IMG/VR virus record: IMGVR_UViG_3300049016_000019
Coordinates: 238-64,237 of that record
Length of the DNA stretch: 64,000 nt
Direction: 5' to 3' (one strand)
Source of the DNA: a virus
How positions within the stretch are numbered: position 1 is the first letter of the stretch; every line of letters starts with the position of its first letter. Positions 16,259 through 24,836 of this stretch are shown one piece after another. Under the pieces are notes generated by a model, which was not told the origin of the DNA, did no database searches, and saw only the letters and a program-made list of their open reading frames with translations. The position numbers and the translations under genes were made by a program.

Positions 16259-16649
16259 GAAATGACGTGGCTGCCCAATTCACTATGTCTACAACCACCT
16301 TGATGGAGCCGGTTGCCTCTACGGTTGCGAGGTAGCATCCGCTCTCATCTTGAAACGTGAGCATGGCCGTGTAGCGGGGGGCATGTACCCTGTTGGGGTC
16401 GTCGTTCACGTCAGTCCTTTGATTGATGGTCGTTCCAGGCGTAGATGGGCCAGCCTTTAGACGCGTGATATCCCCCGTGATGCGGAGGTCTGGCGCATAC
16501 AACTCCCCCTCGGGAGGGGTGCGGCGCACTACACAGCCGCCTGTCTTGCGAAATATCCCTCTGCGGAGTCGCAGCATTCCGAGCATGAGGGTCCACTGAC
16601 TCCCTTGATGAATCCGCAGTAGTCTCCATCCACGATGGTTCGGAGACAT
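16236..16649 (-). CDS. Hypothetical protein (start uncertain)
   Basis: Tiling ORF; real start likely near 16530. Confidence 0.35.
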   Translation of the reverse strand: MSPNHRGWRLLRIHQGSQWTLMLGMLRLRRGIFRKTGGCVVRRTPPEGELYAPDLRITGDITRLKAGPSTPGTTINQRTDVNDDPNRVHAPRYTAMLTFQDESGCYLATVEATGSIKVVVDIVNWAATSFREEQEGE

Positions 16650-16732
16650 GCGGCCGGATCAAACACATTGCACGGCCCCTCATATGCGGCCACAAATCGC
16701 TTGACGCTGCGGATGGTTGAGAACTTAGGCAT
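16529..16732 (-). CDS. Small Cys-containing protein
   Basis: Tiling ORF. Confidence 0.4.
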   Translation of the reverse strand: MPKFSTIRSVKRFVAAYEGPCNVFDPAACLRTIVDGDYCGFIKGVSGPSCSECCDSAEGYFARQAAV

Positions 16733-17021
16733 CTTCTACGTGACCCGGCCCTTCCAGGAAATGCCCCCCGCGATCATCGACTATCTGATCACGCAGTTCG
16801 TTGGCGATCTTGGAGATCTCCTCGAACGTGCGCTGTGCCTGATGGGCGTACCCGGCGGCCCTAGACGCGGGGTCGGGATTGCCCGCGTACTGCTTCACGA
16901 CTCCACGCCACTCGTTCAGCACGTCTCGCGTGTAGTTGTAGCGGTCCATCAGATCGGGCATGCTCTCGATAGCTTGCCGAACGGCGCGGGCGCGTACGTC
17001 CCAAAGCTCGGGGTGGTCCAT
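16725..17021 (-). CDS. Hypothetical helical protein
   Basis: TGATG overlap with prim-pol stop. Confidence 0.5.
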   Translation of the reverse strand: MDHPELWDVRARAVRQAIESMPDLMDRYNYTRDVLNEWRGVVKQYAGNPDPASRAAGYAHQAQRTFEEISKIANELRDQIVDDRGGHFLEGPGHVEDA

Positions 17022-17926
17022 CAATCTTCCTTCGCGCTCTGGAGCCGGTATGCCGAGCGAATCGTCGCCTCGGCCTGTCTGTATCCTCCACGCCCATTGC
17101 ACTCGACGTACGCGGGGGCGAGGAGATCTGCTGCCTCTTCTGCCGTGGCCCCGTCGCTGCACATCGCACGGGCCGCCCATAGAAGGGAGTTGTTCAGGTT
17201 GCCGTCTATCGCATAGCGAACGGTGTCAACGAGCCCTGAGTAGTTCCCCGTTCCGGCGCGTGCGGGCTGCTGGAACGGGGGTATGTGGAGCCGCTGTTCG
17301 CGGGCGGGTGCGGGCTTGTCCATCACGGCCTGGATCAGGAACGAGGGAGCGGGCTTGACGGCCGCGTTCCGCTCCACCAGGTACGGCCCGTTGGGGGTCT
17401 GGGCGCCAGCCGCTAGGACGTAGCCCCCCGACGTGCCGCCGTTGCATCGCACGTCCAGTACGCCCTTGACGATGGACGCCTGCGATGAGCGGATGTCCGG
17501 CGGCCACGCGTAGTACAGGTGTAGCCCCCCTCTGGTCGTACGGACGCTGTACGTGTCCTGTAGTTCCGTGTAGCTGTACCCCGCCGAACTACACATATCT
17601 TTGAGTATCCAGGTGCCGTCTACTCGGGGACCCAGCTCGTCATGCAGGTAGGCGTAAGCGGTGTCCTTGAGTAGCCAGTCCTCTTTGGGTATGTCGCAGT
17701 CCATGACCAGTAGCCCCGAGGGCTTGCAGGCTATGGCCGGGTTGTACATGGGGTTACGTGTCCACCATGCCACGATGCGACTAAGGTCATTGGTTGCCGC
17801 CTGCGCCCAGCGGATGCGCCAGTCCTGCCCAGGGCGTATCAACGCCCCCTGCTTCTCGCCGGGTTCGCACGGGAAGATGTGGAAGCCCCGCTGCTGGGCA
17901 TGGAGAGCGAAGGGGAGCAAGCTCAT
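17021..17926 (-). CDS. Bifunctional DNA primase/polymerase (prim-pol) with PriCT-like C-terminus
   Basis: GFHIFPCEPGEK...N.AIAC..GLLVMDCD...VRTTRGGLHLYY...LDVR..GYVLA. Confidence 0.9.
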   Translation of the reverse strand: MSLLPFALHAQQRGFHIFPCEPGEKQGALIRPGQDWRIRWAQAATNDLSRIVAWWTRNPMYNPAIACKPSGLLVMDCDIPKEDWLLKDTAYAYLHDELGPRVDGTWILKDMCSSAGYSYTELQDTYSVRTTRGGLHLYYAWPPDIRSSQASIVKGVLDVRCNGGTSGGYVLAAGAQTPNGPYLVERNAAVKPAPSFLIQAVMDKPAPAREQRLHIPPFQQPARAGTGNYSGLVDTVRYAIDGNLNNSLLWAARAMCSDGATAEEAADLLAPAYVECNGRGGYRQAEATIRSAYRLQSAKED

Positions 17927-18117
17927 CAGTCACCGATCATGGGCATCTCGAAATCCCAGTCGTTCCAGTACTTTTGTTGCTGTATGAGGCGTTGACGTGC
18001 CGACTTGGTCATCTTGCCCGTGCCCTTGCAGTGACGGCAAACGATCTCATCCAGGACACCTGGAAGACGAGTGGCCCCTTCCCCGTCACAGGCAGGGCAG
18101 ACGGCGCTAGTCATCAT
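17926..18117 (-). CDS. DnaJ-type Zn-finger miniprotein
   Basis: CPACDGEG and CRHCKGTG (CxxCxGxG x2). Confidence 0.6.
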   Translation of the reverse strand: MMTSAVCPACDGEGATRLPGVLDEIVCRHCKGTGKMTKSARQRLIQQQKYWNDWDFEMPMIGD

Positions 18118-18274
18118 CCCCGGACAAGAACCACGCAAGAGCGATGATCTCGCTCAGCGTCTTGTCTTCGTACTTTTCGGCCAGTGACTCTGCCATCTTG
18201 AAGATGTCTACTCGCTGCGCTACTAGTTCAGTAGGCGTCTTGGGCCGACAGTTGGGACAGTCAACGCTCGCCAT
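18107..18274 (-). CDS. Small hypothetical protein
   Basis: GGAG RBS; overlaps next gene. Confidence 0.45.
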   Translation of the reverse strand: MASVDCPNCRPKTPTELVAQRVDIFKMAESLAEKYEDKTLSEIIALAWFLSGDDD

Positions 18275-18333
18275 GACCCCTCCTACGCAGAAGGGGCGCC
18301 CCTCGGAAGGAACGCCCCTGTCTGGCTTCATTG

Positions 18334-18540
18334 TTACTCGTCAAACCCGAGCGCCTTGTTGAAGGCGGCTCGCGCGTCCTCCACAACAGCCTTCTGTGCC
18401 TCGATCTCGTCATCGATCTTGGTCAGTCGGGCACGGCGCTCTTCAAGCTTCTCCAGTTTGGCGAGAGCCGCCTCATACTGACGGGCGAGCGGAGCCAGCA
18501 CGGACGCCTTGCGTCCCGGCTTCTTGGTTACGTCGGACAT
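18334..18540 (-). CDS. Coiled-coil protein
   Basis: Heptad-rich LAKLEKLEERRARLTKIDDEIEAQK. Confidence 0.55.
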   Translation of the reverse strand: MSDVTKKPGRKASVLAPLARQYEAALAKLEKLEERRARLTKIDDEIEAQKAVVEDARAAFNKALGFDE

Positions 18541-18708
18541 GTTCATCCTTTGCGGGTTGTTGCGGGGGATGTGTACACCATCATGTGTACACAGAATGGG
18601 TGGGCGGGCGACTGCGGAGCACTCTTTCACGGATACGCACCCCGCCCCTCAACGATGTGCGGCTCCGAGGTACGTCAGTCCCTCTTACCTAGTGCTAGGC
18701 CCAGCGGG

Positions 18709-19353
18709 TTACGCGGGGAAGGAAGCGGCGATGAGCTGTGCCTGATCGGGAGCCATGGCCTGGACCTGCTCCCGAGGAAGGCCCTTACTGACCAGGAACT
18801 CGACCAGTGCGGGGGGCGGGCCAGCGGAAGGGGCTGCCTGCACGGGAGGCCCGGCCGGGGTGCCGTAGCCAGCGACCGACGGGGCGCCGTTACCGTTGCT
18901 AGGGAGCGAACCCCACCCACTGGTGGTGGCGGGGGCAGGCGGGCCGCTCTGGGGGACGGCGGAAGGCTGTGCGGGGGCGTTGCGCGGGTGCGCGTTGATG
19001 TACTGCATGGCCTGAGCGGCCTCTTGCTCCGTGTAGTCGGCCAGCATCCAGGGCGTACCCTTACCGGTCGGTGCTCCCTGGATCAGTCTGCCGAGGACCA
19101 TCTCGTTGAGGCGAGACTTCGTCTGGCGGACCAGGACGCCGGGAAAGATCATCGTGTTCTTGAGGACCTGCGGACCGCCCGGCGCATCCAGGACGATGAT
19201 GTCAGCCTCGACGCCGTCGCGCTCGCCAAAGTTCTGCGTCTGGATGTTGGCCTTGTACGCGGTCGGGTAGATCAGCAGAAGCCTACCCAGATGGGTGGCT
19301 GCCTCGAACTTGTCGCCTACGGAGTTGTCAGGCTGTGAGAAGGGGTGAGACAC
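18709..19353 (-). CDS. Putative ssDNA-binding/recombination protein
   Basis: GRLLLIYP...VEADIIVLD...IF...VLGRL...PWML core with P/A/G-rich tail; lies in the exonuclease-containing recombination block. Confidence 0.5.
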   Translation of the reverse strand: MSHPFSQPDNSVGDKFEAATHLGRLLLIYPTAYKANIQTQNFGERDGVEADIIVLDAPGGPQVLKNTMIFPGVLVRQTKSRLNEMVLGRLIQGAPTGKGTPWMLADYTEQEAAQAMQYINAHPRNAPAQPSAVPQSGPPAPATTSGWGSLPSNGNGAPSVAGYGTPAGPPVQAAPSAGPPPALVEFLVSKGLPREQVQAMAPDQAQLIAASFPA

Positions 19354-19355
19354 CG

Positions 19356-19538
19356 TCAGTCCTTAGCTGTTGTGGTGAGTTCCGACTGCAACTGCCGTAC
19401 CTCTGTCGCGAGGTAGCGGCGATGTCCGCCGAGAGTCCGGACGATGGTGAGCGAGCCCCGATCCGCCCAGCGGGACACCGTCTTAACGTCTACGCGGAAC
19501 GCTGCGGCGACCTCTTTGGGCGTCATTAGTTCTTCCAT
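19356..19538 (-). CDS. bldC-like: BldC-like MerR-type HTH protein
   Basis: LMTPKEVAAAFRVDVKTVSRWADRGSLTIVRTLGGHRRY closely matches the remembered Streptomyces BldC core. Confidence 0.85.
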   Translation of the reverse strand: MEELMTPKEVAAAFRVDVKTVSRWADRGSLTIVRTLGGHRRYLATEVRQLQSELTTTAKD

Positions 19539-20296
19539 CGTATTCCACCTCCCTTGGACTTGGACATGGTGCGACTGTATCGATTTGCGGTCTGCGGTAT
19601 ATGTCTTGAAGTGATGCGGCCAGCGGCCCACGCTATCGAGACGGCATGAGGGATGCTGAAAGCGCCGAACGCTTCGCAGATCTTGTTGTAGCGAGGAGTG
19701 TTGGGGCGGGGTACGTAACACTGACCGGAAACGATCAGCTTGAGATCAGCGACGGCCGCACGGACGCGATTCGACTGACGCGTGACCATTTTACCCCTGA
19801 CCTTATCAGGCTGGATAGCCCCCCGCTTCAATCCCTGGGCGATGACCTCGGGGGTGGTGTGCACCCCGTACTTGATGCGGGTTAGATGCATCTGCATGTC
19901 TACCGAACGATGGGAGAGGTGGATGACGTTGGCGATTTCGTACCGACTGTAGCCATCGGCGAACATCTGCATGATCATGAAATCCTGCGGGTTCGGCCGG
20001 TACTGGAGTCGGATGCCGGGGGGGACCTTGATCCCGTTCTTCTCGCGGATGCGCTCGCGTCGGTAAGAAGTGATTTTGATAGGGCCCATCCACTCCAACT
20101 GCGTAACTGCGGCCCGCTCGGCGGCCTTGCGTACACGCTCCGCCTTACGGTAGCCCTTCTCTCTGGCCAGGGCGCAGGGCCTACAAGAGCGAACCTTCCT
20201 GCCGCTAGGCGTGACGTGCCAGCGCTGATTGACTGGATCATCCAAATTATGGGGGCCCTCCCCGAACTGACACATAGTCTGCCTAGCCCTTGCCAT
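19526..20296 (-). CDS. LuxR-type HTH regulator with N-terminal Zn-like module and degenerate second HTH
   Basis: IMQMFADGYSRYEIANVIHLSHRSVDMQM...YGV.....IAQGLKRGAI; second copy ending AVSIAWAAGRI. Confidence 0.7.
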   Translation of the reverse strand: MARARQTMCQFGEGPHNLDDPVNQRWHVTPSGRKVRSCRPCALAREKGYRKAERVRKAAERAAVTQLEWMGPIKITSYRRERIREKNGIKVPPGIRLQYRPNPQDFMIMQMFADGYSRYEIANVIHLSHRSVDMQMHLTRIKYGVHTTPEVIAQGLKRGAIQPDKVRGKMVTRQSNRVRAAVADLKLIVSGQCYVPRPNTPRYNKICEAFGAFSIPHAVSIAWAAGRITSRHIPQTANRYSRTMSKSKGGGIRWKN

Positions 20297-21476
20297 TGCA
20301 CCCCCTCTCCATCGTCTTGTCGCCGGGCGCGTGGAACGGACAGAACTTGCAGTCGTCAGCGACAGCGAACGGGCGAGCCGCCTCTATGCCGGACTGGTCT
20401 CGTAGTTGCTCGGCGATGCGATCCACTCGGGCGAGCGCGTCGAGTGCCACTGACGCATCGTAGGGTTCCGTCCAGACGTAAAGGTCGTCCAGATTGGCCT
20501 TTTCCCTAGGCCATCCCACGATGGCGACGTGGTCCACCGACTCCCCTCGCAAGCGCGCACCAAGCCCATACATGTGGACCTGAATACGATACGTGGCAGA
20601 CGGACCCTTGATACGTAGACGCTCCAAGGACCAGCCTCCCATGCACTTATGGTCCAGAAACATGCACAGGGTTCGGTCCAGCAGATCCCCGGTACCCTTT
20701 GGAACTGTGGCAGACGCGAAGGTGAGGGGCATCTCGGTAGCAAACCGGCCGGTTCCGGCGTCAGCCCACTGGAACATCTCCGCCAGACCAGCATGGATGC
20801 AAGTGCCCACGAACGAGGCCCAGTTATCGCCTCCGGGGTTGACGGGCGCCACGCGCAACAACGACATTGCGAGTCGCCTGTCACACGGTGTTCCAATCTC
20901 ACTAGGTCCCAGGGTGGTTTGCTGATTACGCGCCAATCGGTTCGAGTACGCATGGAACATCTCCCGGAAGCGCCCGGCGATCTGATTGCCTAGGTCTGAC
21001 ATAGGCACAGATTGCGGGGCGGGGCGCTGCGAAGGGGCGGGCTGGCTGAACGGCCAGTCAGGTTGACTCAGACTCCCACCGAGCGGCCTTCTCAAGGGCT
21101 TGAGCGTAGTCATCGATGCCGGGGAGGGCGAGGTTACATCCGCAGTCTGCACACCCGCACTCGGGGCAGCACTCGTGACACTCACAGTCTTGTTCGGGCA
21201 TTGCGGATCTCCGAATTTCCTTACGTGCGGACCTAGCTCACCACTGGGCAGTATGCGGACGTTCCTACCGCATTCGGAACACGTTCCGAAGTCTCTACCC
21301 TCGACCGGAACGTTTGGATCTTCCTCGTTGGCGGGGCCTTTAGCGATCTGATGGGCCGGGATGAACTCGCCCGCTCCTACACACTCCTGGCCGTCCTGCG
21401 TGTGCTTGCGGAAGCGCATGGCCTTGGTGGCGGTCACGTGCTTGTGACAGTGCGGGCACAGATACTTGTCAGCCAC
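20283..21476 (-). CDS. Cas4/RecB-like PD-(D/E)XK exonuclease with N-terminal Zn fingers
   Basis: SEIGTPCDRR...GTCIH...GTGD...LDHK...QVHMYG...CKFCPF...C. Confidence 0.85.
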   Translation of the reverse strand: MADKYLCPHCHKHVTATKAMRFRKHTQDGQECVGAGEFIPAHQIAKGPANEEDPNVPVEGRDFGTCSECGRNVRILPSGELGPHVRKFGDPQCPNKTVSVTSAAPSAGVQTADVTSPSPASMTTLKPLRRPLGGSLSQPDWPFSQPAPSQRPAPQSVPMSDLGNQIAGRFREMFHAYSNRLARNQQTTLGPSEIGTPCDRRLAMSLLRVAPVNPGGDNWASFVGTCIHAGLAEMFQWADAGTGRFATEMPLTFASATVPKGTGDLLDRTLCMFLDHKCMGGWSLERLRIKGPSATYRIQVHMYGLGARLRGESVDHVAIVGWPREKANLDDLYVWTEPYDASVALDALARVDRIAEQLRDQSGIEAARPFAVADDCKFCPFHAPGDKTMERGCNGKG

Positions 21477-21591
21477 CGATCATCCCTAGATAGACGGCCA
21501 GGGCGAGCGCGATGAACGCCCCGGCGCTGATGAAGTAGGCAATGATCAGATACATGATGATCGTCATAAGGACACGCAATCCGGTACGCAT
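21469..21591 (-). CDS. 40-aa membrane peptide
   Basis: Hand translation MRTGLRVLMTIIMYLIIAYFISAGAFIALALAVYLGMIGG. Confidence 0.45.
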   Translation of the reverse strand: MRTGLRVLMTIIMYLIIAYFISAGAFIALALAVYLGMIGG

Positions 21592-21616
21592 CCCGTACGT
21601 GCGACGCCTCTTGCGT

Positions 21617-22006
21617 TTACCCATTGGCGGGAGGGTGACGCAAGTAGGCAGCCGCGCGAATGAAGAACTCGGGATCGTCGCGCCCGTGGCCCAGCATGGA
21701 ATTGCAGGGGCGGCACAGTAGCCCCCTCACCTTGCCGGTCGCGTGATCGTGGTCTACGGACAGACGGCGCGTAGCCCCAGTGGCTCGCAAGCAGATAGCG
21801 CACTTTCCGCCCTGGAACAAGTACAGCGCTTCATATCCACCCTCGCCCAAGCCGTACGTTTTCTGGACGCGCGTCTCATGGTTGGCTTTCTGGCGACGCT
21901 TCAGTTCCGCTCGCCAGTGTGTCGCGCATCTCGGTCCCGGATGCGGTGCGGGGCGGGGCCTGTTCTTGGACATCGGCGGGCAGTCCTTGCAGGTCTTTCT
22001 TTTCAT
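21617..22006 (-). CDS. Recombination endonuclease VII (Holliday junction resolvase)
   Basis: YGL..GYEALYLFQGGKCAIC...LSVDHDHATGKVRGLLCRPCNSMLG. Confidence 0.9.
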   Translation of the reverse strand: MKRKTCKDCPPMSKNRPRPAPHPGPRCATHWRAELKRRQKANHETRVQKTYGLGEGGYEALYLFQGGKCAICLRATGATRRLSVDHDHATGKVRGLLCRPCNSMLGHGRDDPEFFIRAAAYLRHPPANG

Positions 22007-22145
22007 CGCACTCCTGAAAGTCCGGATGCGGTTCCCCGCAACAGATACACCATACGTAGGTGACCACCCGAGATGCAGCCATGGCTACATTCGACCAGAC
22101 GTGTGTGCCTCCGTCAGCTCTGCGCTCACACACGACACCTCCCGG

Positions 22146-22373
22146 TCAGTTGCGTTCGGCGGCAAGCTTCCCGAGAACTTCACGCTTGTCGGTCTGGAAT
22201 CGTTCGGACTCTCGCAGCGAGGGGCATAGGTACTCGGCCAGTTCGAAAGAGCACGCCCCGCAAAGGGAGTGCTTGACAGGCTCCTCGATCATGGCACTGT
22301 AGATCACGATCTGCATACTGACGAGCACGGCCATACCGCTGGCTATCTCCGTCTTGCAGTGATCACATGTCAT
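22146..22373 (-). CDS. Small Zn-binding hypothetical protein
   Basis: CDHC...LCGAC. Confidence 0.5.
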   Translation of the reverse strand: MTCDHCKTEIASGMAVLVSMQIVIYSAMIEEPVKHSLCGACSFELAEYLCPSLRESERFQTDKREVLGKLAAERN

Positions 22374-22546
22374 CGCGTTCTCCCGTCTGGACGGGGGCGG
22401 GTTATGGGGATGGACTGAATGCCACCCCCGGCGATCCAGTGGTCTTCCCAGTGTCGGGCGTAAACGTTGATGTGCCGCGACAGTCCAAGCTGAGTACGAT
22501 ACTCGTTACCGCAGATGATGCAGCGCCACGGCTTAACATCGGACAT

Positions 22547-22720
22547 CTATCGCCCCTGAAAGTCAGAGCGCGCCCGCTTGAACGTGTAGCCCTTGGCCTC
22601 GAACTGTCGCTTGCGGTCGTTGCTCAGCAGGACCACCCCGAGGTTCTTGCCGTTGGGGTCAAAGGCTGTCCAGCGGCTGTACACCTTCATGTCGCGAGGG
22701 TCCGGAACCTCATCACTCAT
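22547..22720 (-). CDS. Hypothetical protein
   Basis: GGAG RBS before MSDEVP. Confidence 0.45.
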   Translation of the reverse strand: MSDEVPDPRDMKVYSRWTAFDPNGKNLGVVLLSNDRKRQFEAKGYTFKRARSDFQGR

Positions 22721-22945
22721 GCTCGACTCCTTGTCTAGCGCCTTGAAGATACGGATAGCGAGGGGCCTTAGTGATACGACCAGTACCACTAGGGCTGTAC
22801 CCTCTATGGCGGGCCGACCAGCAGGTGAAGCATGCTCGGGCATGACCGATGCTGTCCCACCCCGTGGCAGGGGCGTTCAGGCTCAGACAAGTGCACGCCG
22901 GGCGCACCTGACAGGGCTCCTGCTGGCCGTGCAGGGGGCAGTGGG

Positions 22946-23158
22946 TTACCTCCATAGGAACTCGAACAGAGCGTCTACGTGTCCGTCCTGCATGCCGCGC
23001 TTCTCTGCCATGTAGGCAGAGTTCGTACGGAGGATGTCTGTCAGCGCATACCGCGCACGCCCCGGCCGTACGTTCTGGGCCACGATGCCGTGCCACATGA
23101 TCTGTTCGTCCATGTCAAGAGCCTGACGTTCCCAGTCGTCCGGGAGTCCGTGAGCCAT
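22946..23158 (-). CDS. Hypothetical protein
   Basis: Tiling ORF with RBS. Confidence 0.45.
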   Translation of the reverse strand: MAHGLPDDWERQALDMDEQIMWHGIVAQNVRPGRARYALTDILRTNSAYMAEKRGMQDGHVDALFEFLWR

Positions 23159-23164
23159 GATGAT

Positions 23165-23332
23165 TCATTCCTTGCATTCGTCGCATAGGGGGACGCCCGA
23201 GGGGCACCCTTCATACTCGTGACGGCATTCGTCGGAGCAGAACAGGTCGTCACCGTTCCGGGGGACGCTCTCACAGTTGCAGCAGGGGCTAGAGCCCAGT
23301 CCGCAGCCCCCGCTGTAGTCGAGGAAGCTCAT
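23165..23332 (-). CDS. Cys-rich miniprotein (FCS-type Zn-ribbon-like)
   Basis: CCNC...FCSDEC...C...LCDEC. Confidence 0.5.
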   Translation of the reverse strand: MSFLDYSGGCGLGSSPCCNCESVPRNGDDLFCSDECRHEYEGCPSGVPLCDECKE

Positions 23333-23371
23333 GGTGCGCAACTTTCCGTTCATGTCAAGTGAGGGGATACG

Positions 23372-23399
23372 AAAAGGCCCCCCGCCGGAGCGGGGGGTC
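23372..23399 (-). terminator. Intrinsic terminator
   Basis: Minus strand CCCCCCGC-TCCG-GCGGGGGG followed by CCTTTT. Confidence 0.75.
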
Positions 23400-23404
23400 A
23401 GGGT

Positions 23405-23605
23405 TCATGCGGAGGGGGTGAGCTGCGCCGTCTCGTCAATCACCAGCGCCCACCCGCCCAGTATGAGGGCGGGGCGGTGAGCGGCGTTGTGGTGGGCACA
23501 GAACATGAGCGTCGCCGTGGCAAGGTTCTGCCACAGCGTGTACGCCTGAGCGCTGCAACGGTCGCAGCGGTCCGTGGCTCGCAGGCGGGGAAGATTCGTC
23601 ATCAC
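23405..23605 (-). CDS. Actinobacterial host-like Zn-ribbon protein (DUF7455-like)
   Basis: LRATDRCDRCSAQAY...LMFCAHH...DETAQL. Confidence 0.7.
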   Translation of the reverse strand: MMTNLPRLRATDRCDRCSAQAYTLWQNLATATLMFCAHHNAAHRPALILGGWALVIDETAQLTPSA

Positions 23606-23928
23606 ACCGCTCCAATCTCGTCGTTCAGAACATCGCCCAGGGCGGTGCGGATGCGGGATTGGTGGCGGCTTGTCGTGACGCTGTACTTTTCGTCCGGCAT
23701 GTGCCAGCCATCTTCATTGTGCCATGCGATTGGGGTGCCGTAGCTGTACACCACGTAGTCAGCTTTGCGCACGCTAACCAGGTGCTCACGAGAGAGGCGC
23801 CCGGGGGAGATCCACGGAGCCTCACGCAAGCCGTACAGGTTGCCGCTTGTCTTGAACGGCTCGCGGGCCAGCAGTACGGGGCGGAACTCCCACCACGGGG
23901 TACGGGTTGTGAGCTTGATCGGGGTCAT
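23602..23928 (-). CDS. Conserved early phage protein
   Basis: YVVYSYGTPIAW...KYSVTTSRHQ motif. Confidence 0.6.
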   Translation of the reverse strand: MTPIKLTTRTPWWEFRPVLLAREPFKTSGNLYGLREAPWISPGRLSREHLVSVRKADYVVYSYGTPIAWHNEDGWHMPDEKYSVTTSRHQSRIRTALGDVLNDEIGAV

Positions 23929-24015
23929 GATCACTCCTGTGAGGGGACAGGAAGAGGGCCGGGTGCCGCTAGGCGGGTCGGCCTTTGGGAGGCGGCGGGC
24001 CAACGGCACCCGAGC

Positions 24016-24201
24016 TTATGGGTGGACGGCGTAGACGGGGTGCGGCCATCCCTGACATTCGCCGGGATAGCCGCACTCGCTACCGTCACAGTGGCCGGTG
24101 AAGCAGTGCCACGTATCAAGGGGGTCGCAGCCGTCCTGACAGCCGCGACACGTAGGGGCGGCGGCGTAGCTCGGCTGTCCACAGCAGTTGCAGTCAGGCA
24201 T
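24016..24201 (-). CDS. Cys-rich miniprotein (10 Cys in 61 aa)
   Basis: CNCC..CRGC..C..HC..HC..C..C. Confidence 0.5.
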   Translation of the reverse strand: MPDCNCCGQPSYAAAPTCRGCQDGCDPLDTWHCFTGHCDGSECGYPGECQGWPHPVYAVHP

Positions 24202-24388
24202 GCTGTTCCCTCACGAGACGGGGGAAGCACATCCATGCGGGCCAGTAACGTCCGTGCCGGTCACGCCACGGGTATTTCTCCTGAGCGTCCGGCCGGTACA
24301 TGACTCGCTTGCCGTGGCCGCCGACGATGATGACGCGCTTTCGCTGGGCGGCCATGATCAGCTCGTTGTCCGTCATGCGGGCACCCAT
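24194..24388 (-). CDS. Hypothetical protein
   Basis: Tiling ORF. Confidence 0.4.
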   Translation of the reverse strand: MGARMTDNELIMAAQRKRVIIVGGHGKRVMYRPDAQEKYPWRDRHGRYWPAWMCFPRLVREQHA

Positions 24389-24555
24389 CCATTGCGATTA
24401 ACGCAAGCGTGGACAGCAGCACGGAAGAACTCAGTACCAGCCTCATCACGGAAGCCCTGATCGTCCTCAAGGTAGTGGACAAGCTCCAGAAGCTCCCTGG
24501 GGTGGGCGGTTTCCAGTTCCAGTCGGAACGCCTTCTCTATCTCGCGACTGGTCAT
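24373..24555 (-). CDS. Hypothetical protein
   Basis: Tiling ORF near the start of the leftward early operon. Confidence 0.45.
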   Translation of the reverse strand: MTSREIEKAFRLELETAHPRELLELVHYLEDDQGFRDEAGTEFFRAAVHACVNRNGWVPA

Positions 24556-24771
24556 CGCGAACCATCTTCTTCCATGGAAGTGGGCTTAGTGCTGGGAGGC
24601 ACCTTGCTCGGCGTGGTGGCTGTGCGCTTCATAGTCGTCACGCGGAGCCGGGGGGAACGAGGTGGCGCGTATGTGTTCGCGTACCTCGCGGGCGATGCGA
24701 TCGAACTCCTGTGTGGTCACTGTGATCACCTTCTTAGAAGTGAGGGGCGTTGATCTGTGACCAGCGGCCGG

Positions 24772-24790
24772 GGCGGGAGTCGAACCCGCC
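24772..24790 (-). other. Isolated tRNA T-arm-like hairpin
   Basis: Minus strand GGCGGG-TTCGACT-CCCGCC; remaining cloverleaf could not be folded. Confidence 0.5.
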
Positions 24791-24836
24791 GTCTGCGCCC
24801 AACCCGGGCAGCCGATGAGGGGGTACCAGCGTCCGG

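Noticed and set aside
18331-19338. Long plus-strand ORFs (also 36154-37002, 46654-47520, 56653-57693, 57896-58654)
   Set aside because: Antisense shadows of well-supported minus-strand genes, expected at high GC
20283-21476. Cas4 as evidence of a CRISPR-Cas system
   Set aside because: Solo Cas4-like nucleases are common phage recombination enzymes; no cas1, cas2 or array in the window
24755-24835. Second tRNA gene
   Set aside because: Only the T-arm folds; no acceptor stem, D arm or 7-nt anticodon loop
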